The notes beneath the pieces were generated by a model that did not search any database, was not told the origin of the DNA, and saw only the letters and a program-made list of their open reading frames with translations. A stretch of 64,000 nt of DNA from a virus. Location: IMG/VR virus record IMGVR_UViG_3300026484_000053, positions 32,001 to 96,000 of that record. The stretch is one strand, 5' to 3'. This document shows positions 53,753 to 64,000 of the stretch, piece after piece. The position numbers and the translations under genes are program-made. Positions within the stretch are counted from its first letter, which is position 1. Every line of letters begins with the position of its first letter.

Positions 53753-54631
53753 ATGAAAGTAAACGAAACTGAAGGCATAGATGTAATTAATCAAGCCGAA
53801 CTATTAGGTAAGTTAGACAAGATAGTTCAGAAAAAATCGATAGCATATAGATGTAGTGATATGCAACCTCTTCAAGGTGGTAATGGAGTTATCTCTGGTA
53901 TAACTTATGACGCTGTACAAGACAAATTAAAAGTATTAAGTACTAATATTGAAGCTAGTACTGAAAGAATTAGAGCAGCACTTACTTCAGAAAGTACTGA
54001 AGACCTGAAAGCTATCTATGGAGAAGATATTATAGATGTTTTAGCATATTACTTAGCAGACGAACTTGTATACAGAATTGATACTAGATATCTTCAAATG
54101 ATAAAAACGAGAGCTAAAGCTTCTAAAAATCTTGTATTTAGTTCAGATTATGCGTTAGAACTAAATACAGTAATTAAAACTATTGTTATGAGAGTAAGCA
54201 AGTCTTTAAATGATCTTGCATTTAGTGATAGAAGAGCAAGTGGAGCGTTCTGTGTAGTTAATTCAGATGTTGCTGCGTTACTTGGATTCGATGCTCAAGG
54301 TGGTATTGATGGCGACTGTTCTTACCTTGGAGAATTAAGTGGAATTTCATTTTTTATTGACTTCACTAACGATAATTCTGGTACTGATGCTTGCGTATGT
54401 GGTATTAAAGGAAATGGAATTAACAGAGGAAGTACTGTTATAAGTCATTATAGAGAAGATTGGGTTAGCACTGTGGATCATACTAATGGATCTAACATTG
54501 AATTTCTTGTTGATAGAACAGCAATGAGTATTAATCCATTAGATAACGAGTTTTGGTTAGAAGGTGACGGAGAAAGCGCTTTCTTAGTAAAATTCGATGT
54601 TGATTTAACTGATGTGCATGCAGCTGTATAA
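53753..54631 (+). CDS. Short major-capsid-fold paralogue (gp23/gp24-like)
   Basis: DMQPLQGGNG, STEDLKAIYG, LADEL...ID..YL, F.VVNSDVAA; only 292 aa. Confidence 0.6.
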   Translation: MKVNETEGIDVINQAELLGKLDKIVQKKSIAYRCSDMQPLQGGNGVISGITYDAVQDKLKVLSTNIEASTERIRAALTSESTEDLKAIYGEDIIDVLAYYLADELVYRIDTRYLQMIKTRAKASKNLVFSSDYALELNTVIKTIVMRVSKSLNDLAFSDRRASGAFCVVNSDVAALLGFDAQGGIDGDCSYLGELSGISFFIDFTNDNSGTDACVCGIKGNGINRGSTVISHYREDWVSTVDHTNGSNIEFLVDRTAMSINPLDNEFWLEGDGESAFLVKFDVDLTDVHAAV

Positions 54632-54652
54632 CGCTGTGCACATTATGCGCAT

Positions 54653-54660
54653 TATAAATA
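54653..54660 (+). promoter_or_regulatory. Late promoter TATAAATA
   Basis: Upstream of tail fibre 1. Confidence 0.62.
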
Positions 54661-54680
54661 AAATAAAAAGAGGAGTTTAG

Positions 54681-57146
54681 ATGGCTGGTATTATAACAGA
54701 AAACGAAAATCTAGAATTTCATGCTAAAGGTGCTAATTCTAAAGTAGTTTTTAAAGAAAATGATGTTGAAATAAACGTAGCTAAAATAGAAGATGTACAA
54801 GCTGTTAAGACAGAACTTACATCTTACGTTTATAGCCAAGCTGCTAGTAACGTTATAGATATTAAAGGTGTTAGTACTTCTAACGTAGTTAAGACTAAGA
54901 ACCATGCTGTAGTTACTTATACTGGGAATGGCGACACGCAAACAATTGAAACTGGTATATCAAGTGTTGACTTTACTCAACCAAATAATGGAAGTGGCTT
55001 TTATAATAAAAGAGTTGCTGGAGGCTTTGCAGTTATTGCTGATGATGCTGTAGATTTGATAGATAGTACTAACGATACGAGTTCAGTGGATAACTGGACT
55101 GCTGTAAATGATGCTAATTTAAGTGTAAGTAATGGAGTGTTAAGTGTTAACGCTGATGATACTGATTATCCATACGCAAAAAGAACATTCACGCTAAATA
55201 AAGGTAGTTATGCTATAAGTTGCACTGCTGAAGGTACTGCACCAAAGTTAAAAGTAATGACAGATGACGATATAACAAGCATTACACCTTTAATTAGTGG
55301 TTCTATGTTATATATAATAAATGTGCCTAATGATGATACTAATTATGTAATTAGACTCGAATGCGGTACATCTGACGATGATGCTACAGCTACATTTAGT
55401 AACCTATCGATATTACCCGTAGCTGGTAATGGAAGTGGTAGTTGTGTTGCTAATACTAGTAATGTTCATTTTAAGAGTAGGAGTAGTGAAGGAAATAATC
55501 AAATATATGATGGGCTAAGAGGAGTTCATCGTAGAGTATTCTCAAACTTAACTAATGTTGAGTTCCACGATGACACAGACGATTTATCAGAATTTACTTT
55601 AAATGGTGTAGTTATAGAAGGTGCTCAAGTTGGTCAAAATGAATTAGACGAAACATATGTACTATACCAAACACTGTTCACTCATATCAAGTGGGGAATG
55701 ACTTCACATAATAAATTCTATGTAGAAGCATACAATCCTGTTACTAAAGAAGGTACGATACTTTATAGTGGTTCAGCTAGTGCTGGTCATCAAGTTCCTC
55801 ATAGTGCTGGGGTTGAGTTGGGTTATACTGTTGTTAAGAACCTAGTAAGTGCTTCACAATGGCGAGTCAGCATCAAAGGTATAGCAGAAAATGGAAAGAA
55901 GATGCTCTTGAATACGGATAGTGCTAAGGTCTCTACTGGGTACTATTCAAATATAACAAGCACAAGTATTAATGGAGTTCAAACAAGCGATAACTACATG
56001 TTATATTACAAGTGTAAATCAGAAACATGGACAATAGGTACTTATATTGGTACAGGTAGTACCGGTAATAAGATTATTACTACTGATGTTAATGGTAAAG
56101 AAGTTAAGTTAAGAGATGTTGTTATTAAGAGGATTGATGATGTTGGTGATTGGGGAGTCTATAATAGTGAAACCTTAGTTAGGTTAGAGCTTAACACACC
56201 AGACAAAGAGGCAACTGATGGATATAGAGCTATACTGTTAGATTATGGTTTTGTTTTAAACACTTCAGCTGCAATAGTTAACGCACTAAACGGGCAATAC
56301 CTATATATGGGATATATCGACACAAATGCTACAACAACGCCTGATGATTCATATTATATGAAACCAACTCATAGTACAGACCCATTAGCGATAAGTACAA
56401 CTACTTTAAATAGTGACGTTTCTATAAGCGTATCTAAAGACGCTCTTGGTTACAAAAATGTTCTTAAGAATTTCAATCAAGTAATAGACGCATCTCAATT
56501 AGAAGATGGTAAGTACTACGTAGGTATTAAAGAAGACGGTACTAATATGTTCGTTAAAAACAAACCGATGTACAGAGATTATGAAGCTCAATTTGCTCAA
56601 GACAGCAGATATGTTCTTAAAGAAGGTAAATGGTACCTTGCAGAGACTGCTGAGTTACTTATTAATGGTACATTTAAAGATGGTACTACTAATGGATGGA
56701 GTGCTGTTAATGCTGAAATAAGTGTTGAAAATGGTATGTTAAAAGTAGATGATAGTGCTGACTCTGGTAGTTGGAGTAGTGCTAGGACTAATATTTTATT
56801 AGAAATCGGTAAAAGGTATTCTATTTCTATAGGTAATTTTTCTTCAAACGCCACTGACGTTACTAATAAAGTACATATTAGTATTTACAGTGGGTACAAT
56901 TGTGGATTAATGGCTACGGGGGATGTATACTATCACCATAACGGAACATCTTACGCAGAGTTCGTAGCCACTGCCAGCGAAAACACACTCTCTGTCGGAA
57001 TTCACCATGAGGATATTGCATACTTCGACAATATAAGCATATACAAAACACAACCAACATTAGGAACAACACCTGAAGCTATTACATGGTTATCTAAACC
57101 AGTTCAAGTTGCTAACGGAATAATACAAGACTTACCAAGTTCATAA
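54681..57146 (+). CDS. Tail fibre / receptor-binding protein 1
   Basis: Beta-rich, TYTGNG/TYIGTG repeats, CBM-like modules (LLINGTF..GTTNGW); followed by C1q-like and chaperone genes. Confidence 0.75.
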   Translation: MAGIITENENLEFHAKGANSKVVFKENDVEINVAKIEDVQAVKTELTSYVYSQAASNVIDIKGVSTSNVVKTKNHAVVTYTGNGDTQTIETGISSVDFTQPNNGSGFYNKRVAGGFAVIADDAVDLIDSTNDTSSVDNWTAVNDANLSVSNGVLSVNADDTDYPYAKRTFTLNKGSYAISCTAEGTAPKLKVMTDDDITSITPLISGSMLYIINVPNDDTNYVIRLECGTSDDDATATFSNLSILPVAGNGSGSCVANTSNVHFKSRSSEGNNQIYDGLRGVHRRVFSNLTNVEFHDDTDDLSEFTLNGVVIEGAQVGQNELDETYVLYQTLFTHIKWGMTSHNKFYVEAYNPVTKEGTILYSGSASAGHQVPHSAGVELGYTVVKNLVSASQWRVSIKGIAENGKKMLLNTDSAKVSTGYYSNITSTSINGVQTSDNYMLYYKCKSETWTIGTYIGTGSTGNKIITTDVNGKEVKLRDVVIKRIDDVGDWGVYNSETLVRLELNTPDKEATDGYRAILLDYGFVLNTSAAIVNALNGQYLYMGYIDTNATTTPDDSYYMKPTHSTDPLAISTTTLNSDVSISVSKDALGYKNVLKNFNQVIDASQLEDGKYYVGIKEDGTNMFVKNKPMYRDYEAQFAQDSRYVLKEGKWYLAETAELLINGTFKDGTTNGWSAVNAEISVENGMLKVDDSADSGSWSSARTNILLEIGKRYSISIGNFSSNATDVTNKVHISIYSGYNCGLMATGDVYYHHNGTSYAEFVATASENTLSVGIHHEDIAYFDNISIYKTQPTLGTTPEAITWLSKPVQVANGIIQDLPSS

Positions 57147-57155
57147 GGAGAAATA

Positions 57156-57659
57156 ATGATACGTAAAGAAAGAGAAGAAATCCTTGAGAATGTTCAAGGC
57201 GGTACAGAGTTTACAGGAGCCATTGTAGCTCCTGAGATGGAATGCGACACAATGATAATGAAAGATAGACCTATGTTCTTTGCTGGTAGAAATGCTGGAC
57301 ATATAGATACAGATATTATTATAGACTTTAACGATGTTCAAATAGATACACATAATGCTTACAAAGGTGGTATTTGGGTTTGTCCTAAGGACGGGGTTTA
57401 TAGTATTGAATTATTATTTTCAGTAATACTGCAAGAAGGGGTTATAGAAATACAAATACGTTATCCTCGTTCAAGACATTTATTGCAATTAAATGATGAT
57501 ACCTCTAATGGAATAAGATGTATATCATACGCTAAAACCATTAAATTTAAAGAAGGCGATACTTGGTATGTTAAATCAAATAACACAGATGATAATGAGT
57601 ACATTTATGGTAGTAGCTCGAATTATACAAACCTATCAATAAGCTACCTAGGAGCATAA
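57156..57659 (+). CDS. C1q/TNF-like domain protein 1
   Basis: RPMFFA, IIDFNDVQIDTHNAY, WVCPKDGVY, F.EGD...V. Confidence 0.7.
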   Translation: MIRKEREEILENVQGGTEFTGAIVAPEMECDTMIMKDRPMFFAGRNAGHIDTDIIIDFNDVQIDTHNAYKGGIWVCPKDGVYSIELLFSVILQEGVIEIQIRYPRSRHLLQLNDDTSNGIRCISYAKTIKFKEGDTWYVKSNNTDDNEYIYGSSSNYTNLSISYLGA

Positions 57660-57660
57660 A

Positions 57661-58110
57661 ATGATAATACAAAACAAAGACAATAAAATAACAATAATTT
57701 CTGAAACAGCTACAGAGTTACTTCCCATACACAAAGAACTAGGTTACGAACTTATGCCTAAACCTGATTTCGATGTAAGAACTAAGTTACATTTAGTTGA
57801 TGGCGTTCTTAAAGAAGATACTCAAGAAGTTCAAAGATTAGATCAAGCCGCTACGCACAAAGAACAAAAAGCTCAAAAACTTAAAGCTCTTAAAGAACTT
57901 ACAGTTACTACAGAAGCAGGTAATACATTTGATGCTGACGACCAGTCAAGAGCCAACATGAATGAAGCTATTACGGCAGCTGCAGTACTTGGATTAACAG
58001 AAAGTCCTTGGAAACTACATGATAACTCAGTAGTAACTATAAGCGTAGATGAGATTAAAGAGGCACTTGCACTAGGAATAGTAGAAAAGGGTGCTATCGT
58101 ACTAGGTTAA
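57661..58110 (+). CDS. Tail fibre assembly chaperone 1 (DUF4376-like)
   Basis: FDADDQSRANM, WKLHDNS.V. Confidence 0.7.
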   Translation: MIIQNKDNKITIISETATELLPIHKELGYELMPKPDFDVRTKLHLVDGVLKEDTQEVQRLDQAATHKEQKAQKLKALKELTVTTEAGNTFDADDQSRANMNEAITAAAVLGLTESPWKLHDNSVVTISVDEIKEALALGIVEKGAIVLG

Positions 58111-58114
58111 AGTT

Positions 58115-58624
58115 ATGCACGAACTAGAGTCTAACGAGTATATTGTTAGAGTACCTGTAAAGGTACTCATGTATAAGGGTACTTCTAAAGACAATCCTAA
58201 GAGTACTATAACGGACAAATCAATTTCTTGGTGGACTAACTCAATGTACAGCCATTGCGAGATTGTAGTTAACCGTACTCATATTACAGTAGCACCTGAA
58301 ACTGGTATAGTAATAGACGACGCAATACCAGAAGATAAAACGCCCAAAGTGTGGGATATTATCGAACTATCGTATGAGGTTACGCAAAAACAATACCTGG
58401 ATTGTATGCAGTTCATTCATTCTCTTGAAGACGCAGAATACGATTGGAAAGGAATACTACTATGCCAGTTCTTGAAGATAGGTCTTGATAGAACTGACAA
58501 GTGGTACTGTTCTGAACTTGTAAGCAAGATATTACAGATACTCGGAGAAGAGAAAATGTATTATATAGAACCTCATAGAATTAATCCAGGTGACGTGTCA
58601 GAAATACTTACTGGTATGAGATAA
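58115..58624 (+). CDS. Permuted papain-like (NlpC/P60, YiiX-type) amidase
   Basis: YSHCEIV (His before Cys), YDW, WYCSELV. Confidence 0.75.
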   Translation: MHELESNEYIVRVPVKVLMYKGTSKDNPKSTITDKSISWWTNSMYSHCEIVVNRTHITVAPETGIVIDDAIPEDKTPKVWDIIELSYEVTQKQYLDCMQFIHSLEDAEYDWKGILLCQFLKIGLDRTDKWYCSELVSKILQILGEEKMYYIEPHRINPGDVSEILTGMR

Positions 58625-58633
58625 CACGCTCAG

Positions 58634-58641
58634 TATAAATA
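58634..58641 (+). promoter_or_regulatory. Late promoter TATAAATA
   Basis: Upstream of tail fibre 2. Confidence 0.62.
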
Positions 58642-58663
58642 AAATCAAAACATAGGAGATTAC

Positions 58664-60943
58664 ATGGGAATTAAGATTAAAAGTCCTAATGGAGCACTAA
58701 TATTAGAAGCTCAAGATGGTGCAGATAACGCCACGGTAGTATTGCCGAGAGAACCCATAGCAACAGAAAGTCATGTTCAGACTAAGGTAACAGACGCTAC
58801 AACTATTTTAGACAGTAAAATCAATAATACACCAAGACAAATAGTTAGTAACGTACTGGTGAATAGTAATAGTGTAACTATAGATAATATAATAGTTACT
58901 AAAAATCACGCTGTGATTACTTATACGGGTATTGATGGCGATATATCAGTTCCAGTTGGTATTAATGCAGAATGGTTTACAGATTCAACTAATAGTTCAG
59001 ATTATTACTTAGATGGAGAAGAAGTAAAGCTACAGTCAGATGATAGTGTTATAGCTAGTGGAAGTTGTGTATTAAATTTAGTAAAAGTGAAAATCAAAAA
59101 GAGAAGTGGTGGAGATTTTGATGATGATAATTCTGCTAACTTTGTGTTTGATGGACTAAGACTTAAAACGGATGTTATTAAAACAGGCCAAACAGACGCA
59201 AGAGCAACAGTAGCGGGTATTGATTTTTCTGGTAGCAATATCATAATAAAAGGGAATGATGCTAATACTAATGAAATAGATAGTGAATATGTAATGGGTG
59301 TTACTTTATATACACATATCAAATGGGGAATGACTAGTCATAATAAATTCTATGTAGAAGCATACAATCCTGTTACTAAAGAGGGTATGATACTTTATAG
59401 TGGTTCAGGTAGTGCTGGGCATGAGATTAAACATAGTATGGGTGTTGAGTTGGATTATTTCGGTTATAAAAACTTAACATCTGCCATAGAATGGAGAGTT
59501 GGTACAAGATACAATGGTGGTACTAATAAGTATCTAGTGTTAAACACTGATGCTTCTATAGCTACTAATAGCGGACAGAATGAAAGCACAAACAACAGTA
59601 TTATATTCGGAACTTCTACTTCTTGTAATGCTTCAACTGATACCTACATAGCATACTACAAATGTAAATCAGAAACATTTACAATAGGTACTTATATTGG
59701 TACGGGAGCTAGTGGTAATAAGATTGTTACTACTGATGTAAATGGTAAAGAAGTTAAGTTACGAGATGTTGTTATTAAGAGGATTGATGATGTTGGTGAT
59801 TGGGTAGTACTTGATAGTGCAAGAAACGACGCTGATTTAACATTGAATGGGTCTGGAGCAGAAGAATCAAGACATAAGCTAAATTATACTACAGGTTATA
59901 TTGTAATTGATGACACTTCCACTTATGGTGGTGGTATTAACAAGCTAAACGCTCAATACCTATATATGGGGTACATAGACACAAATGCTACAATAACACC
60001 TGACGATAGTTATTACAATAAACCAGTAGATAGTTCAGATGTAGATGCAACAGACACAACTACAACAACAGCAGATTATACAGTTGATACCATTGTAAAG
60101 GATAGTACAAGTGGTAAGATGTATAAAGCTATCGTTGATATAACGAGTGGGGATTTACTGACTAATACAGACAAGTTTAAAGCACTAAGTACATTATCGA
60201 TAACAGATGGTACATTTATAACAACTAATGGTATTGATGGTCAAGGCTATATTCATTCAACTGAAAAGTTTACTGGAACTATTGATTTTAGTGGCGTTAG
60301 TGATGGACTTAAATGGGTAGGTAAAAGAGGTACTAACTTTGTATTTGAAGATAAGAAGCCTATGAATGGTTTATATACAAAAACAAGTGCTGATGATAAT
60401 AGATTAGTTAATATTGATGGTAAATTATATGATACTGTTGGTGGTGAACTGGTTGTAGGTGGTAACTTTGATACACAAGCTGATGTTGATTTAATAAACA
60501 GTACTACTGGTACAGTATCATTATCAAGTGGAAAACTAAGGGTAACACAAGATGGCTCAATTGGTGAAGCTTATACTCAATATATAGACACGATAATAGG
60601 AGAAGAATATATAATCTCTTGTAATGACATAGGAGGTACTGCTAATGGGTATTTTTTCCCTGTAAAATCAGATGATAGTTATTATCTATCGCTGGGCTAT
60701 AACACTACAGGAAACTTAAGTGGAACATTTATAGCGTCTGAAACAACTGCACGTGTTAAGTTTAGAGTTATTGATGGTACTGATGACTATGCAGAGTTCG
60801 ACAATATAAGTGTATATAAAATAAAACCAACACTAGGAACACTACAAGAACCAACAGCGTTCCTAAAGTATCCAGTTATGGTCGCAAGTGAAACACCTAT
60901 GCATATAGTAAAACCAATGACAAATAGAACAAGGAGAGTATAA
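58664..60943 (+). CDS. Tail fibre / receptor-binding protein 2 (paralogue of RBP1)
   Basis: Shares near-identical blocks THIKWGMTSHNKFYVEAYNPVTKEG and TTDVNGKEVKLRDVVIKRIDDVGDW with RBP1. Confidence 0.75.
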   Translation: MGIKIKSPNGALILEAQDGADNATVVLPREPIATESHVQTKVTDATTILDSKINNTPRQIVSNVLVNSNSVTIDNIIVTKNHAVITYTGIDGDISVPVGINAEWFTDSTNSSDYYLDGEEVKLQSDDSVIASGSCVLNLVKVKIKKRSGGDFDDDNSANFVFDGLRLKTDVIKTGQTDARATVAGIDFSGSNIIIKGNDANTNEIDSEYVMGVTLYTHIKWGMTSHNKFYVEAYNPVTKEGMILYSGSGSAGHEIKHSMGVELDYFGYKNLTSAIEWRVGTRYNGGTNKYLVLNTDASIATNSGQNESTNNSIIFGTSTSCNASTDTYIAYYKCKSETFTIGTYIGTGASGNKIVTTDVNGKEVKLRDVVIKRIDDVGDWVVLDSARNDADLTLNGSGAEESRHKLNYTTGYIVIDDTSTYGGGINKLNAQYLYMGYIDTNATITPDDSYYNKPVDSSDVDATDTTTTTADYTVDTIVKDSTSGKMYKAIVDITSGDLLTNTDKFKALSTLSITDGTFITTNGIDGQGYIHSTEKFTGTIDFSGVSDGLKWVGKRGTNFVFEDKKPMNGLYTKTSADDNRLVNIDGKLYDTVGGELVVGGNFDTQADVDLINSTTGTVSLSSGKLRVTQDGSIGEAYTQYIDTIIGEEYIISCNDIGGTANGYFFPVKSDDSYYLSLGYNTTGNLSGTFIASETTARVKFRVIDGTDDYAEFDNISVYKIKPTLGTLQEPTAFLKYPVMVASETPMHIVKPMTNRTRRV

Positions 60944-61464
60944 TGAGTGATTATAAAGATTGGACAGATAGAGAGTTACCATCAAGTGTGATGGATACTC
61001 TGGAGGTAGATGATTTAGCAGTTAATTATGAGATTGTATGTGCTGACTTGAAGATGACTGATAGACCTATGTTCTTTGCTGGTAGGACTGCTGGTAATAT
61101 AGATACAGATATTATTATAGACTTTAACGATGTACAAGTAGATACACATAACGCTTATAGTGGTGGTGCTTGGGTTTGTCCTAAGGATGGTGTTTATAGT
61201 ATAATATCTAATATTTTTATGTATATATCTTCTTCAGATTATAGTACTTTTGCAATAATGTATATAAACAATGACATAGTGCAAATAACTTATCAAAGAG
61301 ATACTGATGTTAGTGGAGATAGGCACTCAGTAATAGTATCGAGTAGAGAACTTAAAAAAAATGACTTAGTTTTTATAAAATCATACGCAGTTAATGGAGA
61401 TGAATATATAAGCGGTACAGACTCTGCTAGAACAAACCTATCAATAAGCTACCTAGGAGCATAA
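60943..61464 (+). CDS. C1q/TNF-like domain protein 2
   Basis: Paralogue of 57156..57659; identical C-terminus TNLSISYLGA. Confidence 0.7.
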   Translation: MSDYKDWTDRELPSSVMDTLEVDDLAVNYEIVCADLKMTDRPMFFAGRTAGNIDTDIIIDFNDVQVDTHNAYSGGAWVCPKDGVYSIISNIFMYISSSDYSTFAIMYINNDIVQITYQRDTDVSGDRHSVIVSSRELKKNDLVFIKSYAVNGDEYISGTDSARTNLSISYLGA

Positions 61465-61465
61465 A

Positions 61466-61912
61466 ATGATAATACAAAACAAAGACAATAAAATAACAAT
61501 CGTATCAATGGCAGATAAACTACTGCCGATACACGAAACACTAGGGTATGAACTTATGGCTAAACCTGATTTCGATGTGCAAGGACAAAAATTACATTTA
61601 GTAGATGGTATTTTAGCAATAGATACAGAACTTACAAATGAGTTAGCTACTAAACAGCTTATTAAAGAAATGGAGAAGTCTGTACAAGGACTGATTGATT
61701 CAACAGCTAAAGGATTAGGTTATGATAACATGAACTCAACAGCTAAGTATTTACGTCCTAATAGTCCGTTCTACGATGAGTGTATTGCGCTAGGCGACTG
61801 GACAGATGCAGTATGGGCCAAAGTATACGAAGTACAGGCTGATGTTGACTCAGGTGCCGAATCACCTACTATAGAAGAATTACTTGAATTAATGCCTGTT
61901 TACGGTGCGTAA
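61466..61912 (+). CDS. Tail fibre assembly chaperone 2 (different C-terminal family)
   Basis: N-terminus like chaperone 1; C-terminus GYD....A.Y....F..E......W...VW...PT.EELL..MP. Confidence 0.7.
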   Translation: MIIQNKDNKITIVSMADKLLPIHETLGYELMAKPDFDVQGQKLHLVDGILAIDTELTNELATKQLIKEMEKSVQGLIDSTAKGLGYDNMNSTAKYLRPNSPFYDECIALGDWTDAVWAKVYEVQADVDSGAESPTIEELLELMPVYGA

Positions 61913-62180
61913 TTAAACTTGAACGCCTTAACTAACATATACCAGAAGGACCTATACGAAATTATAGGTCCTAAAGACAGAGGTAATGCAGATATAGTAG
62001 TAAAGCAACGAGTAGAAGTTAAATCTTACAAGTCTCCTCAGTATCTGGGGTTTATGCGAATACCAAAGTTCTTCATAAAGAACAAGATGCATAACTTTTA
62101 AATACAAGGTACTGAATACAAGGTACTGAATACAAGGTACTGAATTAAAGATAAATAAACCAAAATATTAGGATGATAAT

Positions 62181-62630
62181 ATGAACACAACTTTCCAAGA
62201 ATTAGTACAAAACTTTAAAATAAAGTCTCCACTTGTGTCAGAAGAACAAGAAGCATGGACTAGAGAAGATCTGCATGATATTATAGATTTCTTATACGAA
62301 GAAGACTTTGAAGATGCAGTAGAAGCTCTTATTGACTTTATAGACGACGAAGACTTAGAAGATCTTGAAGACGAACTAGACAAAGACGTTACTGAGAAAA
62401 TGTCAGCTTCATCTAAACGTGACGCTGCAAAAGGTAGACGTAAAGCTTCTTTTAAGAACAAAATGAGAAAGAAGAAAAAATGCCTACAAAAACACGGAGA
62501 TACTATCAAGAAATCAAACGGTAGAAAAACATGTAACGTTAAAGGTAAGCTTGTAAAAGGTATGTCTAGACAAGACAGAAAGTCTATGAGAAAAACTAGA
62601 CGCAAGAATAAAAACAAAATTACTTCGTAG
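62181..62630 (+). CDS. Prohead core-like protein (gp67/gp68 type), tentative
   Basis: Very acidic N half and very basic C half as in T4-like core proteins. Confidence 0.5.
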   Translation: MNTTFQELVQNFKIKSPLVSEEQEAWTREDLHDIIDFLYEEDFEDAVEALIDFIDDEDLEDLEDELDKDVTEKMSASSKRDAAKGRRKASFKNKMRKKKKCLQKHGDTIKKSNGRKTCNVKGKLVKGMSRQDRKSMRKTRRKNKNKITS

Positions 62631-62644
62631 AATAGTAGAGCATT

Positions 62645-62962
62645 ATGTTTAAAAAAATAGTACAATCTATATCTGAGTCACTTCAAAGTGACGGTTCTAT
62701 AGCAGATCTGCACTTACAAAAGTCTCATAGTAATAATTTATTAGAACTTAGTATGGATCTTAAGAGATCAGTAACGTTTGTTAAGTCTTTAGATTCTATT
62801 AAAGCTGAATACGAAGAATCTCAGTATGACGAGATAGAAAAACGATACGCTAAAATAGAGCAATCTTATACCAAAGACTTTCATAAGATACATAAAGATT
62901 TTGAAAAAGACATAAACTTATTATTACAGAAAATGGGTAAAGATATTAAAAAGGCATTCTAG
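62645..62962 (+). CDS. Hypothetical protein
   Basis: 105 aa, ISES motif near N-terminus. Confidence 0.6.
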   Translation: MFKKIVQSISESLQSDGSIADLHLQKSHSNNLLELSMDLKRSVTFVKSLDSIKAEYEESQYDEIEKRYAKIEQSYTKDFHKIHKDFEKDINLLLQKMGKDIKKAF

Positions 62963-64000
62963 ATGAATATTACAGTAGCAGGAGATGTTTACTTAGAAGA
63001 CGATACGTTAGTAGATTGTAAAATCGAAGTATTTGTTAAAACAACTTTAACAGGTTGGAGTGACATCAGAGATACAGAAGACACTTCTTACAATATAAAC
63101 TTAGGAGATCCTGATATTTCAGGTCAGGACAATGTACTTAAGATAACTAACTCCAGCACTGAATCTGTTCTTTTAGCTGCGTACTACCAAGGTTCTCGCA
63201 CAGACAACGACAATATACCAGATCAATTTTGCTATTATTTCTTTAACCTTGATGGTTCAGATCTTTATTTAAATGACTTATATCTTAAACCTTTACAGGC
63301 TATAGATTGTTCTTTATGGAATATTCCTGATACTCTTAATGTAAATGATGTACTTGTAGCAAAAAACGGTGCGACTAATGAAGAGTCTTATGTTAAAGAT
63401 GGTAAAACTTACTGGCACAAAAAATATTACGGATCTGAACTCGTTTATAACTTCGTCGGTACGTCTTTAACTGAATACAGGTTCTGGTACGACGACGAAG
63501 ATGAAGACGAGTACAGTACTACTAATGTGCACGTTCTTACTAGAAGTGGAGATATACATGTAGACATTCGTACTACTGATTATCTTGGAAGAACTAGAGA
63601 ATGTCATGACTCGCTAGAGATATATCACACAGCTTTTGCTTGCTTTAATAACAATAATCCTACTAAGAACCAAGAACTCGTAGTTACGTCATGTGCTGGA
63701 AGTACAACTGACTTCTCTGTAGACTATGTTATAGACGGAGAGTATTACAATACAGAAGATGTACAGATATTTGAATTAACAAAACACGACATAAAAGCTA
63801 CTCAGTACGTACACTTCTTTAATGGTTACGAAGATATAACTCTTGAATTAAGTAAAATAATCCAGATGACTAACATACCTCCTGAAATGGATCTTGTAGT
63901 TACAGAACCTTTAAACGACACGTTGCTTTATAAATTCGAGCATAACGGTACAGATGAAGATGGAACTATACAGCATACTCAATATGACATTTATAAGAAT
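62963..64000 (+). CDS. Partial acidic beta-rich virion protein (runs off the window end)
   Basis: ATG directly after the previous TAG; frame read open for over 230 codons (MNITVAGDVYLEDD...). Confidence 0.6.
   Translation, partial: MNITVAGDVYLEDDTLVDCKIEVFVKTTLTGWSDIRDTEDTSYNINLGDPDISGQDNVLKITNSSTESVLLAAYYQGSRTDNDNIPDQFCYYFFNLDGSDLYLNDLYLKPLQAIDCSLWNIPDTLNVNDVLVAKNGATNEESYVKDGKTYWHKKYYGSELVYNFVGTSLTEYRFWYDDEDEDEYSTTNVHVLTRSGDIHVDIRTTDYLGRTRECHDSLEIYHTAFACFNNNNPTKNQELVVTSCAGSTTDFSVDYVIDGEYYNTEDVQIFELTKHDIKATQYVHFFNGYEDITLELSKIIQMTNIPPEMDLVVTEPLNDTLLYKFEHNGTDEDGTIQHTQYDIYKN

Noticed and set aside
10663-62665. Antisense or nested ORFs in the track (for example 10663..10869, 11609..12013, 12659..13072, 29443..29778, 32053..32490, 33729..34256, 43257..43625, 62168..62665)
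   Set aside because: They shadow well-supported genes on the opposite strand, lack RBS or promoter context and have no recognisable motifs.
1-64000. tRNA or rRNA genes
   Set aside because: No cloverleaf with T-loop/D-loop consensus was recognised in the intergenic regions; a tRNAscan run would be needed to exclude them fully.

Overview
This AT-rich 64-kb window comes from a large T4-like myophage. Evidence: gp3/4/13/14/15/16/17/19/20/26/49/51 homologues, a PAAR spike tip, TATAAATA late promoters and two tail-fibre cassettes. Early promoters are extended -10 boxes (TGnTATAAT) with helically phased TTTAA tracts and no TTGACA, and RBSs are mostly AAGGA, which suggests a Campylobacterota-type host (inference). 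The most striking locus is 6.9-17.1 kb. It holds a complete dTDP-3-acetamido-3,6-dideoxyhexose pathway (cupin-RmlA, RmlB, FdtA/QdtA, FdtB, FdtC). FdtB is translationally coupled to a clear homologue of T4 DNA beta-glucosyltransferase, and a BGT-like/SGNH fusion and a minimal nucleotidyltransferase sit in the same cluster. Together these are a candidate DNA hypermodification system using an amino-dideoxy sugar. Other highlights: NrdA split into two genes by a split intein, a TerL mini-intein, an orphan PolA-like palm protein with a structured leader next to two primase/UL9-like helicase paralogues, accessory cassettes bounded by repeated promoters, and pervasive micro-duplications at gene boundaries. 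All family assignments come from motif reading and memory; no database search was run.
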